This document shows, piece by piece, positions 28,253 to 36,969 of a stretch of 49,991 bases of DNA (within the stretch, counting starts at the first letter, position 1; every line of letters begins with the position of its first letter). Source of the stretch: Candidatus Saccharimonadota bacterium (GTDB taxonomy: Bacteria > Patescibacteriota > Saccharimonadia > Saccharimonadales > AQU-01); contig JBAXJI010000005.1 of NCBI GenBank assembly GCA_037137935.1, positions 1 to 49,991 on the forward strand. The letters are read 5' to 3'. The notes below the pieces were generated by a model. It ran no database searches. It saw only the letters and a program-made list of their open reading frames with translations, and was not told the origin of the DNA. The position numbers and the translations under genes are program-made.

Positions 28253-29338
28253 ATGGAAGAAATCCAAAAATCTTTAAACGAACTGTCTAATTCCGTGAAT
28301 TCTGCAGCGGACCGTTTGCATTTGAGCGATTTAGAGCAGGAACTTAGTATTTTAAATGACTCTGCTGCTGCTAATGATTTTTGGTCCGATAACTTAAAGG
28401 CTCAGAAAGTCGTTAAAAGACAATCACAGATAAGCAGCAGAATAGATCCTTGGCAGAAACTTATGAACGAAATTGCTGACGCCAAAGAGCTACTAGCACT
28501 TAATGACAATACTATGAATAGCGAGATAGAGTCACAGCTAACTGCCATGCATGATTCATTTGAGTCTCTAAAAGATGAATTAAAGCTAGCTGGTCCATAC
28601 GACAGTCATGATGTAGTGCTTAGTATATTTGCAGGCGCAGGCGGCACAGACGCGCAAGATTGGGCCCAGATGCTAACTAGAATGTATGTAAGGTATTGTG
28701 AAAAGGTTGGTTTTGATGTTAAGACAATTGACGAGTCTATGGGAGACGAAGCCGGTATAAAAAGTGTACTCTTGGAAATTTCTGGAAACTTTGCATACGG
28801 CAAACTAAAAGGCGAGCACGGGGTGCATAGATTGGTTAGACTTAGTCCCTTTAATGCAGATAGCCTACGCCAAACATCCTTCGCAAAAGTAGAGGTCACT
28901 CCAAAAGTTGATAGGCCTGATGAAGTGTTAATAGATGAGAAAGAGCTAAAAATCGATGTGTATAGAAGCGGAGGCAAAGGTGGTCAATCGGTCAACACGA
29001 CAGACTCAGCTGTACGAATAACCCATCTACCTACAAACATTGTTGTAGCTATCCAAAACGAGCGCTCGCAGCTACAGAACCGTGAAACTGCCATGACTAT
29101 TTTGCGCTCAAAACTTGCTCAACTAATGCTAGAGCAACACAAAGATCATCTGAGTGAACTTAAAGGGCCGAACGAACAGGCAAGCTGGGGTAATCAGATT
29201 CGTTCGTATGTTCTACATCCCTACAAGATGGTCAAAGACCTGCGCACTCTTTATGAAACTAGCGATACAGAAGCAGTATTGGATGGAGGAATTGATTCTT
29301 TTATCGAGGCCTACCTAGAATATTCCCTAGGCAAATAA
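28253..29338 (+). CDS. prfB: Peptide chain release factor 2 (no programmed frameshift)
   Basis: GAGGTDAQDWA, GVHRLVRLSPF (SPF), GKGGQSVN, WGNQIRSYVLHPY; ATG at 28253 lies 7 nt after TATAAT. Confidence 0.97.
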   Translation: MEEIQKSLNELSNSVNSAADRLHLSDLEQELSILNDSAAANDFWSDNLKAQKVVKRQSQISSRIDPWQKLMNEIADAKELLALNDNTMNSEIESQLTAMHDSFESLKDELKLAGPYDSHDVVLSIFAGAGGTDAQDWAQMLTRMYVRYCEKVGFDVKTIDESMGDEAGIKSVLLEISGNFAYGKLKGEHGVHRLVRLSPFNADSLRQTSFAKVEVTPKVDRPDEVLIDEKELKIDVYRSGGKGGQSVNTTDSAVRITHLPTNIVVAIQNERSQLQNRETAMTILRSKLAQLMLEQHKDHLSELKGPNEQASWGNQIRSYVLHPYKMVKDLRTLYETSDTEAVLDGGIDSFIEAYLEYSLGK

Positions 29339-29388
29339 ACATAAGCAAATAGTCGGCGAGACAGCATTATTTTGGTATAATAGTATTA

Positions 29389-30072
29389 ATGATTCTATTA
29401 GACAGGGTAACAAAAACTTATAGCAGAGATACTGGCGCAGCATTAGACCGCATTAGTTTGCACGTTGAGCCAAAAGAGTTCGTTATTATTATTGGTTCAA
29501 GTGGCGCTGGTAAATCAACTTTACTGAAGCTATTGACCAGAGAAGAGAAGCCAACAAGCGGCAAAATTATAGTCGGTGGAATAGATTACAGTAAGCTAAA
29601 AGATAAAGATATCCCACTGTTAAGACGAAAAATCGGTACAGTGTTCCAGGATTTTAAGTTGCTGCCAGGTAAGAATGTTTATGAAAATGTCGCGTTTGCC
29701 CTTGAAATTGTTGGTATGAGCAATAAAGAAATAGATCACACGGTACCTAGAGTGCTAGAAATTGTCGGACTAAAGGGCAAGGAAAAGCGTATGCCTATGG
29801 AACTTTCTGGTGGTGAACGACAACGTGTGGCAATTGCGCGCGCCGTAGTAAGACAGCCGAAGATATTGATAGCTGACGAACCGACAGGCAATTTAGATCC
29901 AAAGCACGCCTGGGATGTCATAAAAGTGCTAGAGAAAATTAATCGCTTCGGGACTACTGTAATACTTACTACGCACAACCAAGAGATAGTAAATAAATTG
30001 AAGAGACGAGTCATAACGATTGAAGCAGGGAAGATTGTTAGCGACCGTGCAAATGCGGAGTATCACTCGTGA
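29389..30072 (+). CDS. ftsE: Cell division ATP-binding protein FtsE
   Basis: GSSGAGKST, LRRKIG.VFQDFKLL, LSGGERQR, ADEPTGNLDP; precedes ftsX. Confidence 0.94.
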   Translation: MILLDRVTKTYSRDTGAALDRISLHVEPKEFVIIIGSSGAGKSTLLKLLTREEKPTSGKIIVGGIDYSKLKDKDIPLLRRKIGTVFQDFKLLPGKNVYENVAFALEIVGMSNKEIDHTVPRVLEIVGLKGKEKRMPMELSGGERQRVAIARAVVRQPKILIADEPTGNLDPKHAWDVIKVLEKINRFGTTVILTTHNQEIVNKLKRRVITIEAGKIVSDRANAEYHS

Positions 30073-31031
30073 ATAATTCAGAAAAATTTAAGCGCTGGTC
30101 AATTACCGAATGGCGAATAATCAAGACTGGCTGCACAAATTTCGTGCGTAATGCTTGGCTCAGCATCGCTGCTATGGCTGTCATGCTGATTACTTTAACA
30201 ATTGTTCTGTTTTCTGTAATAGCCAACGCAACTTTTACTAATACTATTAAGCAAATAACCGATAAAATTGATATATCTATTTATTTAAAAGATTCAGTCA
30301 CTCCAGAAAATCGTGAAAAGTTAGTTAAGCAAATGACGGCATTGCCTAATGTGAAAGAAGTCACATTCTTAAGCAAAGATGACGCATTGGTTATTTATAA
30401 AAAACAGAACGCCAATAACAAGGATTTATTATTAGCGATATCGCAAACCGACAACCCGCTACCTGCAAGTCTGCAGATAAAACCAAGGAACGTTAATAAG
30501 ATTGCAGAGATTAAGACCTTTTTGGACAAAAAAGAGATTAAAGATTTGCAGTCCGACGAAACATCCTACTCCGGTGATCGCAAAGAGGCCGTCGATAAGA
30601 TAACTCATGCCACTGATTTTATTCGTAGAGCGGGTATCATAGGCGTTTTAGTATTTGCGGTAATTTCGATGCTCATAATATTTAATACAATCCAAATGGC
30701 TATCTTTAACAGAAGGGATGAAATAACTATTATGCGTCTTCTAGGTGCTAATACTTCATTTATCCGAGGTCCTTTTGTTGTTGAGTCAGTTCTGTATGGA
30801 GTGATATCGGCGATGGTTTCAATACTTCTGTTGAACGGATTATTTGCGGTTTCTTCATCCACATTAGAAGCGACAAGTCTAGGATTATTGGATATAAATT
30901 ATGCCAGTAGATATTTCTCCAGTCATTTTTGGATATTTATGGCTCTTCAGTTGGGCGTAGGAGTATTTATCGGAGCTGCATCGTCCATCATTGCTACACA
31001 TAGGTATCTCAAGTTTAAAACAACCAAATAG
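30069..31031 (+). CDS. ftsX: Cell division permease FtsX
   Basis: Four-TM layout, NPLPAS, IFNTI..AI..RRDEI.IMRLLGA...FIRGPF..E. Confidence 0.93.
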   Translation: MNNSEKFKRWSITEWRIIKTGCTNFVRNAWLSIAAMAVMLITLTIVLFSVIANATFTNTIKQITDKIDISIYLKDSVTPENREKLVKQMTALPNVKEVTFLSKDDALVIYKKQNANNKDLLLAISQTDNPLPASLQIKPRNVNKIAEIKTFLDKKEIKDLQSDETSYSGDRKEAVDKITHATDFIRRAGIIGVLVFAVISMLIIFNTIQMAIFNRRDEITIMRLLGANTSFIRGPFVVESVLYGVISAMVSILLLNGLFAVSSSTLEATSLGLLDINYASRYFSSHFWIFMALQLGVGVFIGAASSIIATHRYLKFKTTK

Positions 31032-31187
31032 TCTGATCATAAACTAATTAAAGATGTATAATGAACCTACTGTTATGTCTGTTAATCAAAGGTAGTGAAC
31101 GTGTCTAAAAATACAACTAACAAACGATTTCCGAGTTGGTTCACAAGGTTGCATAATAGCTTTCCAAGTGCTACATTTATAGTGGTT

Positions 31188-32339
31188 ATGTTAAAACAAA
31201 AAAAGCTAAATAGATTGCTAAAATTCATAAAGAGCACCCCGACTCTTATTATTACTATTGTTGTAGCGAGTGGGTCGATTATTGTGCCTAGAGTATCAGC
31301 AGATCAATTTGATGCACAAATAACAGCCCTTCAACAAGCCAATGCAGTAAAACAAGAAGCCAAATCTCAGCTCGGATCAGAGGCTGCCTCGCTTAGCGAC
31401 GCCATGTATAAACTTCAAGTACAGATTAACGCACTACAAAGTCAAATTGATGCTAATAGGGCTAAAATGGATGATCTGCAAAACCAAATTATCGCTGCAG
31501 AAACAGAATTAGCAAAACAAAAGGTTATCTTAGGTGAAAGCATTAAGGCTATGTATCTAGAGGGGCAGATCTCTACGTTAGAAATGCTAGCTTCAAGTAA
31601 AGATTTGAGCGAATTTGTCGACAAGCAACAATATAGAACTGCCGTTCAAGCAAAGATTAAAACATCAGTCGATAAGATTACTGAGTTAAAGATACAGTTA
31701 AAAGAACAAAAATTGAAGGTTGAACAAACTCTTAATGATCTGCAGATCCTACAGGCCCGAGTTGATACACAACGAGCAGAGCAGGCTAGACTTTTGTCGC
31801 TTAATCAGTCCGAACAAAACGCTTTAAACCTACAGATACGACAGAATAGCCAAGCCGTTGCTGCCTTAAGGGCAGAGCAGGCTGCTGCAAACGCTAGATT
31901 GTTCAATGGAGCTAATATTGTGCTTGGTACGGCCTGCGACACTGCGCACGGCGATACCTATCCAAGTCCGTGGTGTTCTTCCTATCAAGACAGTATGTTC
32001 GATAGTTGGGGCATGTATAACAGAGAGTGTGTTAGCTATACAGCATGGAGAGTTTCAGAAAGTGGTCGTTATATGCCTCCATGGGGGTGGCAGGGTCTAG
32101 GTAATGCTAATCAATGGGACGACGATGCTAGGGCGCAAGGTATACCTGTTGACGGCAATCCAAGGGCAGGCGATGTGGCGATAAAAAACAGTATGCCTTA
32201 TGGTCACGCAATGTATGTTGAGAGCGTTAACAGCAATGGCAGTATTAATATTAGTCAGTACAACTATAGTTACGACGGTAGATTCTCTTTGGCATATAAT
32301 GTGTCCGCTAGCGGCCTAGTCTTCATACATTTCCCGTAA
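31188..32339 (+). CDS. Secreted coiled-coil + CHAP peptidoglycan hydrolase (PcsB/CwlO-like)
   Basis: Signal peptide, long coiled coil, RECVSY (Cys), GNANQW, YGHAMYVE (His), ISQYN; follows ftsEX; start uncertain (31095 or 31188). Confidence 0.88.
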   Translation: MLKQKKLNRLLKFIKSTPTLIITIVVASGSIIVPRVSADQFDAQITALQQANAVKQEAKSQLGSEAASLSDAMYKLQVQINALQSQIDANRAKMDDLQNQIIAAETELAKQKVILGESIKAMYLEGQISTLEMLASSKDLSEFVDKQQYRTAVQAKIKTSVDKITELKIQLKEQKLKVEQTLNDLQILQARVDTQRAEQARLLSLNQSEQNALNLQIRQNSQAVAALRAEQAAANARLFNGANIVLGTACDTAHGDTYPSPWCSSYQDSMFDSWGMYNRECVSYTAWRVSESGRYMPPWGWQGLGNANQWDDDARAQGIPVDGNPRAGDVAIKNSMPYGHAMYVESVNSNGSINISQYNYSYDGRFSLAYNVSASGLVFIHFP

Positions 32340-32430
32340 TTCGTTAAACATAAAAACTTTAGATTAAATTTACTGGTACACGGCTCCGTTTATGTGGCAT
32401 AATGCTTAGGTTAATATTATTGAAATATAA

Positions 32431-33690
32431 ATGTGTTGGAGGGAATTAATCATCGCTTTACTTAAAATACCTGCTAGTCATTCGGATGAAAAAGAAAAGC
32501 GTTTTAGCGGCGGACGAGTGACCAAAATGATAGTCGTTGTAGTGGCTATTTTTTGGCTAGGGTTATCAGTCGGACAGGGCAATATAACTGTCGGTCGTGA
32601 TGCGATATTTAAGAAGCCTGTAAGCAAAGAATCTCCAAATAATCTAGACTACACTGAAGTCGAGCAGATTTATGATAGTTTACGAGAAAACTACGATGGT
32701 AAGCTAGACACTGCTAAATTAATGGATGGGCTCAAAGAAGGCTTGGCTAAATCAGCCGGCGACCCATATACACAGTACTTCAATCCTAAAGAAGCCAAAG
32801 AATTTAACGAGCAGCTCACAGGCTCATTCACAGGTATCGGTGCTGAACTTAGCAAAGATACGACCACAAATGCAATAATAGTCGTATCACCAATTTCTGG
32901 GTTTCCAGCCGACAAAGCAGGGTTACGTCCAAAAGATGTTATTGCTGAAATCGACGGCAAATCAGCATACGATTTATCAATATCTGACGCAGTCAGTAAG
33001 ATTAGGGGCGAAAAAGGTACCACTGTAAAGCTGAGAATTATTCGTGACGGCAAACAAGATCTAACTATAGACATTGTGCGCGACGAGATAACTATTCCAA
33101 GTGTAACTTCCAAAACTCTCGACGGTAACATCGGGTATATTAAAATCGCACGTTTTTCTGAAGACACCGCTGAACTTACTAGAAAAGCAGCCGACAAATT
33201 CAAGTCAGATAATGTTAAGGGAATAGTCCTTGATGTCAGAGGTGATCCAGGTGGACTTCTGGATGCTGCAGTTTCTGTTTCTAGCCTGTGGCTGGACAAC
33301 AAGACCGTTCTAACCGAAAGACGCGACGGAATAGTCATAAAGACTTATAGCTCAAGAGGAGAGCCTACGCTTAAGAACATACCTACAATTGTCTTGATAG
33401 ATGCCGGAAGTGCCTCTGCGAGTGAAATTACAGCAGGAGCCTTGCGAGACAATAATGTTGCTAAGTTGATTGGAGTTAAGAGCTTTGGTAAGGGTAGTGT
33501 TCAGCAGATTGTTCGCTACAATAATGACAGTTTCTTGAAGGTGACTATAGCCAGGTGGTATACTCCGGCAGGCAAAAATATCGACAAGGAAGGCATTAGT
33601 CCTGACACTGAAATTAAACGATCTGACGAAGACTATAAGTCCGGCAATGATCCTCAGCTCGACTTCGCCTTAACTCAGCTCAAGAAATAA
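32431..33690 (+). CDS. S41A carboxyl-terminal processing protease (CtpA-like) with PDZ domain
   Basis: GDPYT.Y, FTGIG, LDVRGDPGG, SASASEI, KSFGKGSVQ, GISPD; start uncertain. Confidence 0.92.
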   Translation: MCWRELIIALLKIPASHSDEKEKRFSGGRVTKMIVVVVAIFWLGLSVGQGNITVGRDAIFKKPVSKESPNNLDYTEVEQIYDSLRENYDGKLDTAKLMDGLKEGLAKSAGDPYTQYFNPKEAKEFNEQLTGSFTGIGAELSKDTTTNAIIVVSPISGFPADKAGLRPKDVIAEIDGKSAYDLSISDAVSKIRGEKGTTVKLRIIRDGKQDLTIDIVRDEITIPSVTSKTLDGNIGYIKIARFSEDTAELTRKAADKFKSDNVKGIVLDVRGDPGGLLDAAVSVSSLWLDNKTVLTERRDGIVIKTYSSRGEPTLKNIPTIVLIDAGSASASEITAGALRDNNVAKLIGVKSFGKGSVQQIVRYNNDSFLKVTIARWYTPAGKNIDKEGISPDTEIKRSDEDYKSGNDPQLDFALTQLKK

Positions 33691-33750
33691 GTTTTTTGGT
33701 CCACTAATGTGATCAGCTTCTGCCACTTTTGGTTCGGACAATAGCTTACC

Positions 33751-34214
33751 GTTACTTTTGTTTCGGCAAAAGTAACACAAAACCGAGGGGCGATGTCTAC
33801 TTCTTGATACAGTCTCCAGTCAAGCCTGACAACAAGAGCGGACGACTCCTTACAGTCGGCCAGCAAAGTAATCCATTGAGTTTGCTGGCAAGTCCACTCC
33901 AATAGTTGTCAGTTTGACGAGACATGTATCAGGAAGTAGTCAGGCCCCAAATAAGACCAAGGGCGCCCGCTGGAGGCGGGCAATATTTAAAATTATGATT
34001 GTCTTTAGCAATCATTCCATGGTCTTTGGTGGGGCTTGGCGACTACCCGAAATAGATTCCGACAAGAGCACAACAACACTACCTGCCGAGGACTGTCTGA
34101 AGATGCGAATGCATCAAGTTCCGCAGGCTGTGTTGTGCTCCTTGTTCGGAAGCTATATCGAGTTGGTGCCACCGCCCCTCGGTTTTGCGCTACTTTTGCC
34201 GAAACAAAAGTGGC
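33751..34214. other. ~465-bp highly structured non-coding element with 42-bp terminal inverted repeats (MITE-like element or large ncRNA)
   Basis: 33751-33792 matches the reverse complement of 34173-34214 at 38/42; three long internal stem arms; higher GC than the flanks; no credible ORF. Confidence 0.8.
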
Positions 34215-34384
34215 ATAAAAGTAGTCCACAATGAAGTATTGAAATCTTATGCAAAAGAGAAGCAAATATTTAAGTTCTATCCAGCCAGCCAGATTGCAGG
34301 GTTGCAAATTCTACACTTGCCATAAGCATAGAATGTAAGGTAGTATCTATTAAGTAAAGTTCGAAAAGAGGGGTAGAGTAACAG

Positions 34385-35992
34385 GTGTCCAGACCTACTA
34401 AGTATATTTTTGTTACTGGTGGTGTGCTTTCCGGATTAGGAAAGGGCATAACAGCCGCCTCAATCGGCAATCTCTTAAAGGCCCGTGGCCTCAATGTAAA
34501 TATCCAGAAGTGCGACCCTTACTTGAATGTTGATGCCGGACTATTAAACCCTCGTGAACACGGCGAATGTTTCGTAACTAAAGATGGCGCAGAAACCGAC
34601 CTCGACCTTGGTCACTATGAAAGATTTTTGGATCAAGAGTTAACTTCGTCAAGTAGCTTAATGAGCGGACGAGTCCTTCTACAGGTTATTCAAGACGAAC
34701 GCGCTGGTAAATATGACGGTGAAGATGTCCAGATTATTCCGCATTTAACAGGTGCAATCCAAAAATACATCATGGAAGCAGGCAAAGGCTTTGATGTTCA
34801 TATTATTGAAATTGGCGGCACAGTAGGCGACTATGAATCACTTAGTTTCATTGAGGCTATCCGCGAAATGGGAATTAATGTTGGACGTGATAATTGTCTC
34901 TATGTTCATGTTGTCTACCTGCCGTTCTTAGGTGCAAGCCAAGAAACAAAAACCAAGCCAGCTCAAAACTCTGTACGAGAATTACGGGGCTTGGGAATTG
35001 CCCCAGATATTTTAGTTGGTAGAAGTGAGAAAAAGGCTAACAACGGTGTTAAAACAAAGCTAAGCCTGTTTTGTGGTGTTGCTGAAGACGCTATAGCCTT
35101 ATTACCAAATGCTTCGTCCATTTACGAAGTGCCGTTAACTCTAGAAGACACCGGTATTGCTGATGTTATTTGCGACAAGCTAGACCTAAAGGCCAAAAAG
35201 CCAGACCTTAAAACCTGGAGAGCAGTAGTCAAAAGAGCGACCAGCAATCACAAAAATAAAGTTACAGTCGGAGTTGTCGCTAAATATATGGACAACACCG
35301 ACACCTATATGTCAGTCTTTGAGGCGTTGCGTTCGGCAGCATTATGGAACGATGTCGATCTTAAGATACGCTGGATTGATTCTGAAAAACTCAAGAACGA
35401 TAAGGATATTAAAAAGGCTTTTACCAGTATTGACGGTATAGTTGTGCCAGGTGGTTTCGGTAGTCGAGGCTTAGAAGGCAAGATAAAGTCTGCTCAGTTT
35501 GCGCTAAACCAAAAACTTCCATATTTAGGCCTGTGTCTTGGATTACAAATGGCTGTTGTGGCTGCAGCAAGAAATGCAGGATTAAAAGACGCGACTTCTG
35601 CCGAAATGGACCCTAAAGGCAAAGAGCTGCTTATTAATACAATGTCAGGCCAAGAAGGTAAGGAAAACACCGGTGGCACTATGCGACTAGGTAATTATCC
35701 TTGTGTTATCGAGAAGGGAAGTTTGGCAGCTAAACTTTATGGTACTACAAATATCATAGAACGACATCGTCACCGCTACGAATGCAGCAACGACTACATA
35801 GACCAGTATGAGTCCTGGGGAATTAGAGCGGTTGGTAATTCGCCTGATGGTCGACTTGTTGAAATGATAGAAGGCACAGATCATCCGTTTTTCTTGGCGA
35901 GTCAATTTCATCCAGAATTTTTGTCTAGGCCTAATCGCCAGCATCCAATGTTCGCTGGTTTTATAGTAGCCTGTAAAGACCGTAAAGATTGA
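34385..35992 (+). CDS. pyrG: CTP synthase
   Basis: KYIFVTGGV.SGLGKG, ETDLDLGHYERF, PGGFG.RG, GLCLG, ERHRHRYE, QFHPEF. Confidence 0.98.
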   Translation: MSRPTKYIFVTGGVLSGLGKGITAASIGNLLKARGLNVNIQKCDPYLNVDAGLLNPREHGECFVTKDGAETDLDLGHYERFLDQELTSSSSLMSGRVLLQVIQDERAGKYDGEDVQIIPHLTGAIQKYIMEAGKGFDVHIIEIGGTVGDYESLSFIEAIREMGINVGRDNCLYVHVVYLPFLGASQETKTKPAQNSVRELRGLGIAPDILVGRSEKKANNGVKTKLSLFCGVAEDAIALLPNASSIYEVPLTLEDTGIADVICDKLDLKAKKPDLKTWRAVVKRATSNHKNKVTVGVVAKYMDNTDTYMSVFEALRSAALWNDVDLKIRWIDSEKLKNDKDIKKAFTSIDGIVVPGGFGSRGLEGKIKSAQFALNQKLPYLGLCLGLQMAVVAAARNAGLKDATSAEMDPKGKELLINTMSGQEGKENTGGTMRLGNYPCVIEKGSLAAKLYGTTNIIERHRHRYECSNDYIDQYESWGIRAVGNSPDGRLVEMIEGTDHPFFLASQFHPEFLSRPNRQHPMFAGFIVACKDRKD

Positions 35993-36023
35993 TAATTAAC
36001 ATAAGCAGAGGTACAATCAAGAT

Positions 36024-36455
36024 ATGGACGAACAAACACCTATTACACCATCAGTAGCGCCAACTAATAAGAAAGTTCTATTAGTAGAGGACGACGAAGC
36101 TTTAGCCTCAGTCTATGTTACTAGATTAGAAGCCGAAGGGTTTATGATTCAGCGCGTTCCAAATGGTGAAGATGCTTTATCAGCAGCTCTAGAATTTCAC
36201 CCAGATTTAATATTGCTTGACGTCATGATGCCAAAAATTAATGGCTTTGATGTATTAGACATACTGCGCAATACACCTGAGACTGCAAATGTAAGAATAA
36301 TTATGCTTACAGCACTTAGTCAAGAAACAGACAAGCTTCGCGCCAAGTCAATGGGCGTAGATGATTATTTGGTTAAATCTCAGGTTGTTATCGCTGATGT
36401 TGTAGCTAAAATCAAAGAACATCTCGGTATGACGCCTACAACTCCGACTGCCTAA
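36024..36455 (+). CDS. Single-domain response regulator (CheY-like), canonical
   Basis: LLVEDD, PDLILLDVMMP, IMLTA, DDYLVK. Confidence 0.93.
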   Translation: MDEQTPITPSVAPTNKKVLLVEDDEALASVYVTRLEAEGFMIQRVPNGEDALSAALEFHPDLILLDVMMPKINGFDVLDILRNTPETANVRIIMLTALSQETDKLRAKSMGVDDYLVKSQVVIADVVAKIKEHLGMTPTTPTA

Positions 36456-36470
36456 TAAACTAGATCCAAA

Positions 36471-36504
36471 TAAAAAAGCTGCCATTTTTATGACAGCTTT
36501 TTTA
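36471..36504. terminator. Bidirectional intrinsic terminator
   Basis: TAAAAAAGCTG-CCATTTTTATGA-CAGCTTTTTTA between convergent genes. Confidence 0.8.
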
Positions 36505-36520
36505 ATTGAAATCTGCAATA

Positions 36521-36793
36521 CTAGATAACTGTGACTTCAGTGCGGCCAGTGCTTGCGCCTGTAAAGCGTTTTACTCTACGAGTATTGAAGGTTACTACAC
36601 CGTCGCGGTTAGCGAAGATTGTGTAGTCGCGTCCAAGACTAGTGCCAACGCCTGAGCGCTTTGTTAGTCCGACTTGGCGAATTATAACCTGACCAGTTTT
36701 AACTTTTTGGCCACCAGATACTTTAACGCCCAGTCTTTGACCTGGACTATCTCGGTTGTTTTTACTGGTTCCGCCGGCTTTTACGTGTGACAT
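36521..36793 (-). CDS. rpmA: 50S ribosomal protein L27
   Basis: MSHVKAGGTSKNNRDS.GQRLGVK, G.D.TIFA..DG.V.F. Confidence 0.96.
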   Translation of the reverse strand: MSHVKAGGTSKNNRDSPGQRLGVKVSGGQKVKTGQVIIRQVGLTKRSGVGTSLGRDYTIFANRDGVVTFNTRRVKRFTGASTGRTEVTVI

Positions 36794-36814
36794 CTTCTAA
36801 TTTATCCTTACTGC

Positions 36815-36934
36815 GGCCTGTCTCAGGCGACGCATTACTTTGTTGCCAGCTCCGGTCCGCGCTCGCTGTACCTTTAGTACAGCTTACTTGCGGTCCTCGC
36901 TGTCGCCTTGTACTGCATTCGCCTGAGTCAGGCC
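36815..36934. repeat. 120-bp GC-rich rod-shaped palindrome, ERIC-like
   Basis: GGCCTGTCTCAGGCGA/TCGCCTGAGTCAGGCC ends and central GCTGTAC-CTTTA-GTACAGC hairpin. Confidence 0.7.
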
Positions 36935-36969
36935 TTAACAGTGGTGGGCAGCAGAGCAACTTGCTTCTT

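Noticed and set aside
34027-34051. tmRNA or tRNA 3' end (CCACCA on the minus strand)
   Set aside because: No T-arm (GTTCGA) at the right distance and no matching acceptor 5' end
33675-34494. Short ORFs on both strands over the structured element
   Set aside because: No motifs, overlapping frames, and translated inverted repeats (RFCxTFAETKV on both strands); by-products of the palindrome
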